From Massilia sp. (GTDB taxonomy: Bacteria; Pseudomonadota; Gammaproteobacteria; Burkholderiales; Burkholderiaceae_D), in NCBI RefSeq assembly GCF_032106685.1, contig NZ_DAMCPG010000011.1:52478-116477 (forward strand): a stretch of DNA of 64,000 nucleotides, written 5' to 3'. Numbering within the stretch: position 1 is the stretch's first letter; each line of letters starts with the position of its first letter. The notes under the pieces are model-generated. The model was not told the DNA's origin and did not search any database. It saw only the letters and a list, made by a program, of their open reading frames with translations. The position numbers were made by a program, and so were the translations under genes. Positions 29,276 through 38,607 of this stretch are shown here, piece after piece.

Positions 29276-29644
29276 CTACGTGTCGCCCGCGCCGGTGAAC
29301 ACCAACCGGTTCCCGAACGGATCCTTGATCGACATCTCGCGGCTCCCCCACGGCGTGTCGTCAACGCCCGGCCGGGCATAACCATAGTTCTTCGCCGCGA
29401 GCTCCGCCTGGTAAGCGTCGACGTCGTCGACCTCGATGCGCAGCGCGGCGCCGGGGCAGCAGTCGCCGTGGTGTTCGCTCAGGTGCAGCACGCAAGCGCC
29501 GTGCGAGACTTGCAGGTAGAGGGGAAAACCCGGCTCGAAGCGGTGCTCCCAGTCGACTTCGAAACCGAGGAAATCCACGTAAAATTCGCGCGCCTTCGCT
29601 TCGTCGAAGATGCGCAGGATGGGGGTGACGGAACCGAGCTGCAT
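29276..29644 (-). CDS. glyoxalase/bleomycin-resistance (VOC) superfamily protein
   Basis: 122 aa. It reads ILRIFDEAKAREFYVDFLGFEVDWEHRFEPGFPLYLQVSHG...LHLSEHHGD...PWGSREMSIKDPFGNRLVF, a bleomycin-resistance-like fold signature. Confidence 0.75.
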   Translation of the reverse strand: MQLGSVTPILRIFDEAKAREFYVDFLGFEVDWEHRFEPGFPLYLQVSHGACVLHLSEHHGDCCPGAALRIEVDDVDAYQAELAAKNYGYARPGVDDTPWGSREMSIKDPFGNRLVFTGAGDT

Positions 29645-29657
29645 GTCCGGCCCCCGC

Positions 29658-30008
29658 TCAATCGACGCGGGTCAGCTCGACGCCATCGACCGTCATTTTC
29701 CACTTGTCGCCCTCGCGATGCGGCGGCTTGCTGACGACAAACGTCGAGCGCACGATGCCCCAGCCGATGTCGAAGTTGTCGCCGTCAAAACCCCGCAGGT
29801 CGACGCTGAGGTCGAGCTTCTTGCTGGGGCGGTCGCGCTTGTACTTGATCTTGCCGTCCTTCGCCATCTGGATGCGCATGTCCTTGCCCTGCCAGTCGCC
29901 GACATAGGCCTGCTTGTCGGCGGGGACGGGAACGGGGTCGGCGTGGGCGTGGGCGGCAAAGGGCAGCAGGCAGGCGGCGGAGAAAATGGCGGCGCGCAGG
30001 ATATGCAT
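29658..30008 (-). CDS. small secreted hypothetical protein
   Basis: A 116-aa product from the ATG at 30008, with the signal peptide MHILRAAIFSAACLLPFAAHAHA. I do not recognise a family. Confidence 0.5.
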   Translation of the reverse strand: MHILRAAIFSAACLLPFAAHAHADPVPVPADKQAYVGDWQGKDMRIQMAKDGKIKYKRDRPSKKLDLSVDLRGFDGDNFDIGWGIVRSTFVVSKPPHREGDKWKMTVDGVELTRVD

Positions 30009-30113
30009 GATGGATTCGGCAAGGCCAGGTGGACGTAACAGGTCCAGTATTCGACCCGAGGATTGTATTGTCAACATGCATACGCCGGAGAGCGTCGCAC
30101 TGCCGTTGCAAAT

Positions 30114-31106
30114 CTACCGCACGCGGTCGGCGTCGTAGACCAGCCCGATCTGGCGCCGGATCTCGTCCATCACCCCCATCAGCGCCAGCGTCTCGTCCTG
30201 GGTCATGCCGGGGCTCTCGAGCAGGCCCGCCTGGAAGCAGCGCTGGGCCTCGATCGCTTCGTGCACGTAGCCGTTGCCCAGATACGGCGTATCGACCGTG
30301 CGCGTGCTGCCGTCTTCCAGCGCCACCGTCACCGAGCGGGCGCGGTGGAACATGGTGTTCATGCGCACGTGGCCGCGCGTGCCCGATACCGTCAGTTCGC
30401 CCGGCGTGCGCGCCAGGAAGGAGCAACTGCAGACCGACATGCCGCCGCCTTCGTGCAGCAAGGTGAAGCCGGTCTGGAGGTCGACGCCGGTCGGCCCCAT
30501 CCGGGCCTGCGCCCGCACCGATGCGACCGGCCCGAGCAGGCTGGCCGCGATCGACAACGGATAGATGCCCAGGTCGAGCAGCGCGCCGCCGCCGAGTTCA
30601 GGATTGAAGGCCCGGTGTTCGGGGCCGAAATTCGCGGTGAAGCCGAAATCCGCCACGACCTGGCTGACCTCGCCGATTTCTCCGGAGGCGACGATGCGCT
30701 TCACTTCGAGCAGGGACGGCAGGTAACGCGTCCACATCGCCTCCATCAGGAACAGGTTTTTCGTACGCGCCAGCGCCACGACTTCCTCGGCCTCGCGCCG
30801 GTTGATCGTGAAGGCCTTTTCGACCAGGGTGCCCTTCCCGGCGCCCAGCACCAGCAGGGCATTCGCGGCGTGCTGGGGGTGCGGGGTGGCGATGTAGACC
30901 AGGTCGACGCCCGCGCTGGCGGCCAGTTCCTCGTAGGAGCCATGGGCGGCAGCGGCGCCGAATTCGGCGGCGAAGGCCTCGGCCTTCTCGATGCTGCGCG
31001 AGGCGACCGCGGCCAGCTGCGCGCCGGGCACGTCGCGCAGCGCGGTGGCAAAGGCGCGCGCGATCTTGCCGGTGCCGAGGATGCCCCAGCGGACCTGGGC
31101 ACTCAC
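30114..31106 (-). CDS. Gfo/Idh/MocA-family NAD(P)-dependent oxidoreductase
   Basis: A GTG start at 31106 (GTGA overlap with the upstream stop). The Rossmann N-terminus reads VRWGILGTGKIARAFATAL. The track ORF is over-extended to 31388. Confidence 0.75.
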   Translation of the reverse strand: MSAQVRWGILGTGKIARAFATALRDVPGAQLAAVASRSIEKAEAFAAEFGAAAAHGSYEELAASAGVDLVYIATPHPQHAANALLVLGAGKGTLVEKAFTINRREAEEVVALARTKNLFLMEAMWTRYLPSLLEVKRIVASGEIGEVSQVVADFGFTANFGPEHRAFNPELGGGALLDLGIYPLSIAASLLGPVASVRAQARMGPTGVDLQTGFTLLHEGGGMSVCSCSFLARTPGELTVSGTRGHVRMNTMFHRARSVTVALEDGSTRTVDTPYLGNGYVHEAIEAQRCFQAGLLESPGMTQDETLALMGVMDEIRRQIGLVYDADRVR

Positions 31107-31900
31107 GGCGCCACCCGCTTGGGACGGAACACGCTCGTGTCGGCGTAGAAGGCGGCATCCTGCTCCGGCCACCAGCCCGGCACGCCGAGCACCGGCAGCG
31201 GCGTGAAGCTGGAGGTGGTCAATGCGCTGTCCGCCAGCTCGGCCGCCACGCGTTCGTCGATCCAGGCGCGCTGGGCGTCGGGCGACAGGGCAAAATAGGC
31301 GTCGTCGGCGAACACCACGCGCGTGTGCGCGGTGATCGCCTTGCGCGGCGCGACCAGCTTTTCCATCAGCGCGTGGCCGAACAGCCATACCTGCGCGTCG
31401 CGGCCGAACATGCCGCGCTTCTCGAACAAGGCGGCATCCCAGCAGTGGGCGCGCAGCTCGTCGACCAGCTCGCGCCCCGCACTGGAGGCGCGCACCACCA
31501 GCAGGGCCGCGTTTTCGTCGAAGATGGTGGCGGCGTCGCGCGCCGCGCCGCGCGACTGCCCTACCCCGCCGGCGGCCTCGATCTGCGCCGCCTGCAGGGC
31601 GTTCAGCTGGCGTTTAATCGCCGGGAAGGTCTGCCACACCAGGCCGTTGAAGAAGTCGTGCAGGTTGTCGCGCGTGGGCACGCCGCCGGTGGCGCTGATG
31701 AAAGCCTCATAGGCCGTCCCTTCCGGCAGCGATTCCTGCGGCACGAAGGTGATCGGCAGGTCGCGGTGGTTGCGCAGGGCCAGGCTGGCCGCATTGCGGT
31801 TGAAGGCGGCGACAAACGCCTCATCGTCGAGCTGCAAGCGCTCGAAGGCGGGACGCACCGCGTCGTACCAGGGGCGGGACCAGTCGATCTGCGCAAGCAT
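31103..31900 (-). CDS. DUF3025-like conserved hypothetical protein
   Basis: 265 aa. It contains LHDFFNGLVWQTFPAIKRQLN and PLPVLGVPGWW motifs and lies immediately downstream of pyrC. The family assignment is from memory. Confidence 0.55.
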   Translation of the reverse strand: MLAQIDWSRPWYDAVRPAFERLQLDDEAFVAAFNRNAASLALRNHRDLPITFVPQESLPEGTAYEAFISATGGVPTRDNLHDFFNGLVWQTFPAIKRQLNALQAAQIEAAGGVGQSRGAARDAATIFDENAALLVVRASSAGRELVDELRAHCWDAALFEKRGMFGRDAQVWLFGHALMEKLVAPRKAITAHTRVVFADDAYFALSPDAQRAWIDERVAAELADSALTTSSFTPLPVLGVPGWWPEQDAAFYADTSVFRPKRVAP

Positions 31901-31909
31901 CGTCCGGCC

Positions 31910-32959
31910 TTAGACCATCTTCCAGTGGATCTGCTCGCCGGCGTTGAGCGGCACCAGGCGCGCGCTCCCCATCGGCACCGTTTCCGGCAGGGTCCAGGTC
32001 TCGCGGGTCAGGGTAATCGTGCCCTCGTTGCGCGGCAGGCCGTAGAAGGCCGGGCCGTTGAAGCTGGCAAAGGCTTCCAGTTTGTCGAGCGCGCCGGCGT
32101 CGGCGAAAGCCTGCGTGTACAGCTCCATCGCATGCAGCGCGGTGTAGCAGCCGGCGCAGCCGCAGCTGGTTTCCTTGGCGTTGATGGCGTGCGGGGCCGA
32201 GTCGGTGCCGAGAAAGAAGCGCTCGTCGCCGCTGGTGGCGGCCGTCACCAGCGCCAGGCGGTGTTCTTCGCGTTTCAGGACCGGCAGGCAGTAGTAGTGC
32301 GGGCGGATGCCGCCGCGGAAGATCTCGTTGCGGTTGTACAGCAGGTGGTGGGCGGTGATGGTCGCCGCGATCGGGCCTTCGGCTTCGGCCACGTACTGGG
32401 CCGCGTCCTTGGTGGTGATGTGCTCGAACACGATGTTCAGGGCCGGCAGGTCGCGGCGCAGCGGGCGCATCACGCGCTCGATGAACACGGCTTCGCGGTC
32501 GAACAGGTCGATGTCGTTATCGGTCACCTCGCCGTGCACCAGCAGCGGCATGCCGACTTCCTGCATCACTTCCAGGGTCTTGTAGCACTTTTTCAGGTCG
32601 GTGACGCCGGCCGCCGAATTGGTGGTGGCGCCCGCCGGGTAGAGCTTCACGGCGTGGATGAAGCCGGTGTCCTGGGCGCGGCGGATCTCGTCCGGATCGG
32701 TGTTGTCGGTCAGGTACAGCGTCATCAGCGGCTCGAACTTCATCCCCTCCGGCAGCGCGGCCAGGATGCGGTCGCGGTAGGCGGCAGCGTCGGCGGCGGT
32801 GGTAACCGGGGGTTTCAGGTTCGGCATCACGATCGCGCGCGCGAACTGGTGTGCGGTATGCGGCAGCACGCTGGCCAGCGCCGCGCCGTCGCGCAGGTGC
32901 AGGTGCCAATCGTCGGGGCGGGTGATGGTGATGGATTGCGGGATCTCGATGGTGGACAT
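31910..32959 (-). CDS. pyrC: dihydroorotase (class II, homodimeric type)
   Basis: 349 aa. It reads [14 protein letters not shown]...[11 protein letters not shown], a typical PyrC metal-binding N-terminus. Confidence 0.9.
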   Translation of the reverse strand: MSTIEIPQSITITRPDDWHLHLRDGAALASVLPHTAHQFARAIVMPNLKPPVTTAADAAAYRDRILAALPEGMKFEPLMTLYLTDNTDPDEIRRAQDTGFIHAVKLYPAGATTNSAAGVTDLKKCYKTLEVMQEVGMPLLVHGEVTDNDIDLFDREAVFIERVMRPLRRDLPALNIVFEHITTKDAAQYVAEAEGPIAATITAHHLLYNRNEIFRGGIRPHYYCLPVLKREEHRLALVTAATSGDERFFLGTDSAPHAINAKETSCGCAGCYTALHAMELYTQAFADAGALDKLEAFASFNGPAFYGLPRNEGTITLTRETWTLPETVPMGSARLVPLNAGEQIHWKMV

Positions 32960-33114
32960 GGCGGCTCTCGGATTGCGGACGGCGATATTTTACCCGTATA
33001 GGGAATGCGCAGCGCGCCCTGCTTCCACGCTTGCGCATTCCCTGCCCTTCAATCCAGCCACCGCCGCCGCGCCGGCCCGGGTTTCTTGCATCATTGGCAT
33101 CCCGGGCCCTCGAC

Positions 33115-34959
33115 TTACTTCGCGCCGCCCTCCAGCTTCAATGCCCTGGCAATGTCCTCCCAGGCCACGGCCTTGAAGTTCTGCGGCCCGTCCGGCAGGC
33201 GCTTGAAGCCGTCCTGCACCACCAGCATGCCGCGCGTGTACGGCCCGCCGAGATTGGCCGACGTCACTTCCAGGCCATCCGTTTCGGATGCCCCGTCGAT
33301 GCCGCGGACAGGGTCGGTACCGATGCGGAAGGCGCCGCGCACGGCGAACGGCGCCGCCGCGTCCAGCACCACGTAGCTGTTGTTGCCCTGGCTCGACACC
33401 ACCAGGTAGCTCCGGTCGGCGCCATGGTAGATGCCCATGCCTTCGACGTCCGCATGCAGCATCGCGCCCACCGGCAGCACCATCTCCAGCGCCGCCGGCT
33501 GGTCGGCACGGGCCGAGGTCACCCACAGGCCGCGCTTTTCCTCGCCGACGAACAGCAGGCCGCTGCGGTCGTCGGCCACGCAGCCCTCGGGCTGGCTGGC
33601 GACGCGGAAGCTGCGCGCCAGCCTGGCGCCAAAGCGTCCGCCGCTGCGGGTGATCCGGTAATGCTCGTAGCGGCCGTCCTTGTCGTTGACGAAGGCATCC
33701 AGGCCGCCCTCGGGCGTGCGCAGCACGCAGGTGCCGTAGATGTCGTTCAATCCGGTCGGCAGGCGCGCCGCCTCGGCCAGCACTCCGTGCGCATCGATGG
33801 TGAACAGCACCATCGCGTTCTCGTCGCGCTGGGTGGCCAGCGCCAGGTCGAAGCGTTCGTCGCCGAAGCGCAGGTCCTGGCGCAGGTCGACGTTGTTCAG
33901 GCGGCCCGCTTCCAGCAACTGCGTCTGGCGGCCCTGCAGGTCGTACACCAGCAAGCCCTGCTTCTTGTTGGTGCCCAGGATGCGCGACTGGCCCGGATCG
34001 CCCGGGTGGACCCAGATCGCCGGATCGTCGGCGGCGTCGCCCAGGCGCGCGACCGGTGCGGTCTGCATGCGCGGCAGCACGACCGGCAATGGCGGGGGCG
34101 GTGCGCTGCCGTCTTTCCATGCCAGCGCCGGCACCTGCCAGCCCTTGCCGGTGCGGACCAGCAGGCGCGCCGACGACGGTTCGAGCGCGGCCAGCCGGGT
34201 CGCGCCCAGCGGTCGGGCCGGCAGCGCGCGCCATGTCGCGGCGTCGCGGCGCCAGGTGTGCAGCGCGCCCTTGTCGTCGAGCGCGGCGACGCCGCCCGGC
34301 AGCACGGCCAGCGCGCCGATCTCGCCATGGAGCTTGCCGAGCGGGGCGCGCAACGCCACCGCGGCGCGCGCCGACGGACCTTCGGCCTCGGCGCCATAGG
34401 CCCACAGTCCGAATCCCTCCTCGGCGGCGAACAGGGTGGCGTGCGCGTCGTCGACGCGGCACAGTTCGACCGCGGTCGGCAGCGCCAGGCGGCGCACCAT
34501 CCGGTAGTCGCCGCCCAGCAGCCACTGCTGCGCCTGGCCATCCTTGCCCACGACGAAAACGTGGTCGAGCTGCTGGGCGTCGCGGTACATGCAGGCGGCC
34601 TCGATGCCGAAGCCGGCTTCGGGCAAGGGCGGCAGCGCGGTCAGCGCGCCCTGGCGCAGGTCGACGCGCACCGGCTGCACGCGCTCGGCGTTGGAATCGA
34701 TCACCACGGCCAGCGCGCCGCCGTCGGTCAGGCGCACGTCGAGCTGCTCGGCGCGCATGGCCAGGCTGGCGCGCTCGCGGCCGTCGGCCCCGACCAGGCG
34801 CAGGCCGCGCTTGTCCAGGGCCAGCCAGGCGCCGCCGGGCAACGCGGCCAGCTGGCCGGCATCGGCCACCAGGGCCGGCACGGCGGGTGCGGTGGAGGAT
34901 GCCGCCGGCGCGACGGCAAGCACTGCCGCCAGCAAAACAAGGGAGACGACGTTTTTCAT
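33115..34959 (-). CDS. secreted beta-propeller phytase (3-phytase) with an additional N-terminal propeller-like half
   Basis: 614 aa with the signal peptide MKNVVSLVLLAAVLAVAPA. The C-terminal half has BPP motifs (DDPAIWVHPGDPGQSRILGTNKKQGLLVYDL, ...EGCVADD..., ...ETDGLEVT). Its ATG overlaps the TonB-receptor stop (TAATG). Confidence 0.8.
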   Translation of the reverse strand: MKNVVSLVLLAAVLAVAPAASSTAPAVPALVADAGQLAALPGGAWLALDKRGLRLVGADGRERASLAMRAEQLDVRLTDGGALAVVIDSNAERVQPVRVDLRQGALTALPPLPEAGFGIEAACMYRDAQQLDHVFVVGKDGQAQQWLLGGDYRMVRRLALPTAVELCRVDDAHATLFAAEEGFGLWAYGAEAEGPSARAAVALRAPLGKLHGEIGALAVLPGGVAALDDKGALHTWRRDAATWRALPARPLGATRLAALEPSSARLLVRTGKGWQVPALAWKDGSAPPPPLPVVLPRMQTAPVARLGDAADDPAIWVHPGDPGQSRILGTNKKQGLLVYDLQGRQTQLLEAGRLNNVDLRQDLRFGDERFDLALATQRDENAMVLFTIDAHGVLAEAARLPTGLNDIYGTCVLRTPEGGLDAFVNDKDGRYEHYRITRSGGRFGARLARSFRVASQPEGCVADDRSGLLFVGEEKRGLWVTSARADQPAALEMVLPVGAMLHADVEGMGIYHGADRSYLVVSSQGNNSYVVLDAAAPFAVRGAFRIGTDPVRGIDGASETDGLEVTSANLGGPYTRGMLVVQDGFKRLPDGPQNFKAVAWEDIARALKLEGGAK

Positions 34960-37454
34960 TAGAAGATGCTCGCTTTCAGGCCGATCCTGTAGGTGCGGCC
35001 ATATTGTTCAAATTGCGCGTTGCGCGCCTTGTCGCCCTGGTAAACGTAATACTTCTCGTTATTCAGGTTGCTGGCGTCGAAGCTCAGCTGCCAGCGCTTG
35101 TCCAGCTTCCACGACATCGAGAAGTCCAGTTGCTTCTGGCTGTCGACGTAGCGGTCCTGGCCGGCGTCGAGCACGTCCTCGCCCAGTTCCAGCAGGTAGG
35201 GCGACTTGTAGTTCAGCGCCAGGCGCGTGCTGAACGGACCCGCTTCGTAGCCGATCATCGCGTTGCCGGTGCGCTTCGATTGTCCCGGCATGCGGATGCT
35301 GCGCGTGGCGCGGACGCCGCCCTCGCTTGCGCTGTCGATGCCGGCGCGCGACTGGGTGAGGCTGCCGTTGATGCCGACCAGCAGACCGTTCCAGGGCGCC
35401 GGCAGCATGCGCAGCGGCTGCTGCCAGGCCAGCTCGATGCCGCGCACCCGGGCCTTGCCGCCGTTGGCGTACGAGATCGCGCTGGCGTAGTCCGCCCAGG
35501 CGCCGCTGCCGGCCAGGTTGGTGGCGTAGGTGAAGTCGCGGATCTCCTTGTTGAACAGATAGGCCGACACCACGCCTTCGCGGCCGATCACGCGCTCCAG
35601 GCCGAGGTCCAGGTTGTGCGAACGCAGCGGCGCCAGCGCCGGGTTGCCGATGGTGGCCTCGTCTTCGCCGTCCAGGCTAATGCCGGGCGCCAGCTGGCTG
35701 AAGTTGGCGCGCACCACCGAGTTGCTCCACGCGGCGCGCAGGCTGGTGGCCCTGTCGATGTCGTAGCGCAGGTGCATGCCCGGCAGCCAGTTGGTGTACG
35801 AGCGGCTGGCCGCACGCGGCGTGATCTCGTCGTCGGACACCTGGGCGCCCGTGGCCCGGAAGCGGGTGCGCTCGGCGCGCACGCCGGCCAGCAGCGACCA
35901 GGCGCCGCGGCGCAGGCCGGCCTGCAGGTAGGCCGCATCGATGTCTTCCGCCATGGCGAAGTCGTCCAGCGCGGACTCGGCTGCCACGCGCGCCGGAGCG
36001 CGCGCCAGGCCGGCCAGGCGCGCACGCACCAGGACCGGATCGATCGCCTGGCCGATGCTGCCCAACTTGTAGTCCAGCCGGCGGGGAGCGACGAAGGCGT
36101 TCAGCGAGGTCGGGCCCGCGCCGAAGTAATCGCCGTCTTCCGGATCGTCGCTGCCGTATTCCCATGCATCGGTGTCGTTGTCCTTGTCGCGCCGGGTCGC
36201 CTTGGCGCCGAACTTGACAGCGCCGCTCCAGTCCCCCAGCTCGAGGTCGCGTTGCAGGTCGAGGCGCAACTGGCGCGTGGCATCGCTGGCGTGGCTGCGT
36301 TCCAAGGCCAGCGTGTGCAACTCGTAGCTGGCCGGGTCGAACACGGCGGCCGGCGCGACCAGGCGCGGCGTGCGGCCGTTCGTGAAGCCGATGCCTTCGA
36401 AGTCGTCCGCGCCGCGAAAGCGCGCATCGCTGATCGCATCCGGCGTGTCGTCGGTGGCGCGGCTGTGCGCCGCTTCCAGGTGCAGCTTCCAGGCATTCCC
36501 GAAGCGGTGGTCGAGCGAAGCGGTGAGCGAACGGATCTCCTGCGTGTACTTGCGCTGGCGCAGGCGGCGCTCGAGGCGGGCGCTGTCGGTGTCGCCCTCG
36601 GCGATGTCGTCGTCGCCAAACTTGCCCACGGTGAGGCGGTCGCGCACCTCGTCGTCCGAGAAGCGGCTGACGAAGCCGCGCAGGGCGGCGCTGCTCGCCG
36701 CGTCCGGACGGTAGTCGAGGTTGACGGCGGCGGCGCGGCGCTCGCGCCGGGGCAGGTAGTCGCGCAGCTCGAAGCCGGACAGGCGCTGGCCATCCCAGGC
36801 GCCGCCCGTTTCGACGTTGTCGGAACCGAACTTGCGCTTCTCGCCCGACACGCCGGCCGCGACGCCGAGTTTCCCGTCCAGGTAGCGCTGGGCCCAGAGC
36901 AGGTTGGCGCTCGGGCTGTTCTGGCCGGTGTTGCCGTCGCGGCTGACGGCCGTGCCGGCGCTGAACAGGCTGCCCGGCAGGTCGAAGGCGGACAGGGTTT
37001 TCACTTCGACGCTGCCGCCCAGAGAGTTCGCATCCTGGTCGGGCGTGAGCGACTTCGACACTTCCAGCGAACGCACCAGGCCCGCCGGCAGCACGTCCAG
37101 CGCCACCGCACGGCGCGTCGCTTCCGGCGAGGGTACCAGGGCGCCGTTGATGGTCACGCTGTTGTAGTCGGCGTCCAGGCCGCGCACCACGACGTAGCGG
37201 CCTTCGCCCTGGTCGCGCTGGACCGACACGCCCGGCATGCGCGCCAGCGCTTCGGCGGCGTTCTTGTCGGGCAGGTGGCCGATGTCGTCGCTGCTGACGA
37301 CGCTGACGATATGGTCGGCCTGTTCCTGGGCGGCGATGGCGCGCGCCAGGCTGGCGCGCTGGCCGGTAACGATCACGCTGGCCGGTTCGGCGGCATGGGC
37401 GCCAGCGGCGGCCAGCAGGCTGGCGGTCACGGCGGGTAGGGCTAGATGGCGCAT
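34959..37454 (-). CDS. TonB-dependent outer-membrane receptor
   Basis: An 831-aa product from the ATG at 37454. It has the signal peptide MRHLALPAVTASLLAAAGAHA, a plug domain (VIVTGQR...DIGHLPDKNAAEALARMPGVS) and a terminal aromatic residue (...GLKASIF). Confidence 0.85.
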   Translation of the reverse strand: MRHLALPAVTASLLAAAGAHAAEPASVIVTGQRASLARAIAAQEQADHIVSVVSSDDIGHLPDKNAAEALARMPGVSVQRDQGEGRYVVVRGLDADYNSVTINGALVPSPEATRRAVALDVLPAGLVRSLEVSKSLTPDQDANSLGGSVEVKTLSAFDLPGSLFSAGTAVSRDGNTGQNSPSANLLWAQRYLDGKLGVAAGVSGEKRKFGSDNVETGGAWDGQRLSGFELRDYLPRRERRAAAVNLDYRPDAASSAALRGFVSRFSDDEVRDRLTVGKFGDDDIAEGDTDSARLERRLRQRKYTQEIRSLTASLDHRFGNAWKLHLEAAHSRATDDTPDAISDARFRGADDFEGIGFTNGRTPRLVAPAAVFDPASYELHTLALERSHASDATRQLRLDLQRDLELGDWSGAVKFGAKATRRDKDNDTDAWEYGSDDPEDGDYFGAGPTSLNAFVAPRRLDYKLGSIGQAIDPVLVRARLAGLARAPARVAAESALDDFAMAEDIDAAYLQAGLRRGAWSLLAGVRAERTRFRATGAQVSDDEITPRAASRSYTNWLPGMHLRYDIDRATSLRAAWSNSVVRANFSQLAPGISLDGEDEATIGNPALAPLRSHNLDLGLERVIGREGVVSAYLFNKEIRDFTYATNLAGSGAWADYASAISYANGGKARVRGIELAWQQPLRMLPAPWNGLLVGINGSLTQSRAGIDSASEGGVRATRSIRMPGQSKRTGNAMIGYEAGPFSTRLALNYKSPYLLELGEDVLDAGQDRYVDSQKQLDFSMSWKLDKRWQLSFDASNLNNEKYYVYQGDKARNAQFEQYGRTYRIGLKASIF

Positions 37455-37497
37455 GGGAGCACAGGGTTGGTTGATGTGCGGCGGATTGTCGTGGGCG

Positions 37498-37518
37498 AAT
37501 GTGACGTATCGGTGACCG
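37498..37518 (-). promoter_or_regulatory. candidate Pho box upstream of the TonB-receptor/phytase operon
   Basis: The minus strand reads GTCACCGATACGTCACATTC. Two GTCAC repeats are spaced exactly 11 nt apart (plus-strand GTGAC at 37501 and 37512), about 45-65 nt upstream of the ATG. A GACAAT -10-like hexamer lies 10 nt downstream. Confidence 0.3.
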
Positions 37519-37746
37519 ACTCCGCTCCCTGTCCGGCCGCCAGCCTCCTGGCGTCTCCGAATGAGCCGAATTGACCCGGCGCTCGCGCTGGGCCGCGCGC
37601 ACGGCCGGCGCGGCAGGGCGCGTCGGCGCACGATGAAGTGAGCCGTTTGAACCCCGCACCGCGGCGCAACGGCATTGCCATCCTGTCACGCTGCGGTCAC
37701 ATGGCCGCGCTATGGTGCGGCGATCCGCTTCTTGCCATCCGCTCCC

Positions 37747-38607
37747 ATGCATGCCCTGATCCGCCCTGCCCTCCTGGTCGCCAGCCTGGCCGGCGCCTGC
37801 ACCTTGCTGTTCGCCGCAGCCGGACAAGCCATTCCGGTCGCCCAGTGGAACTGGATGGACATCGCCGGCGAGGGCGGCACCGCCCTGCTGGCGGCGCTGT
37901 GGTGCCTGATCGTCCTGAGCAGCCGACCGGACGGCCGCGTCACGCGCCTGCTGGCGGGCGGCCTGGCCTGCATCATGCTCGGTTCCTGGGCCGATTGCCT
38001 GGACGAGATGATCGATATCGAGCGCGGCGCCGTGTGGGATAACGCGCTCGAATCCCTGCTGCCGCTCGGGATGCTGGTCCTGACCGCGGGATTGGTGTAC
38101 TGGCGTCACGAACAGGCCACGCTGACCGACCACATGCGCAAGCGCGAGCGGTTGTTCCGCAGCCATCGCCCTTTCGACCGCATCACCCAGCTCGCCGACG
38201 CCGCCTACCTGCGCCAGCAGCTCGTTCTGGAAGCCCGGCGCGAGGACCAGGCCGGCTGCGCGCTGGTGCTGTTCGACATCGATGCATTCCACCGCATCAA
38301 CCGCGCGCACGGCCATGCCGAAGGCGACCGCGTCCTGCAGGCGGTGGCGCACATGCTGCTGCTGAACCTGCGCAACGAGGACCTGCTGTGCCGCTATGCC
38401 GGCGACCGCTTCGCGGTGCTGATGCCGGGCGTCGGCGAGCCCGAGGCGCGCGACGCCGCCCGCCACCTGTGCCGGATGGTGTCCGCGATGCGCCACCACG
38501 CGGCGGGGCAGCGGGTAGCGCTGACGCTGCGTTACGGCTGCGCGCCGGCGCGCGGCGCGCCGGACGCGCTGCTGGCCAGCCTGTGCCGCCAGATGGACGC
38601 GGCATGA
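37747..38607 (+). CDS. membrane-anchored degenerate GGDEF-domain protein (A-site AGDRF, I-site RNED retained)
   Basis: 286 aa from the ATG at 37747, with about 4 N-terminal TM helices. The GGDEF fold reads LFDIDAFHRINRAHGHAEGDRVL...LRNEDLLCRYAGDRFAVLM. The AGDRF motif lies at nt 38398-38412. Confidence 0.8.
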   Translation: MHALIRPALLVASLAGACTLLFAAAGQAIPVAQWNWMDIAGEGGTALLAALWCLIVLSSRPDGRVTRLLAGGLACIMLGSWADCLDEMIDIERGAVWDNALESLLPLGMLVLTAGLVYWRHEQATLTDHMRKRERLFRSHRPFDRITQLADAAYLRQQLVLEARREDQAGCALVLFDIDAFHRINRAHGHAEGDRVLQAVAHMLLLNLRNEDLLCRYAGDRFAVLMPGVGEPEARDAARHLCRMVSAMRHHAAGQRVALTLRYGCAPARGAPDALLASLCRQMDAA

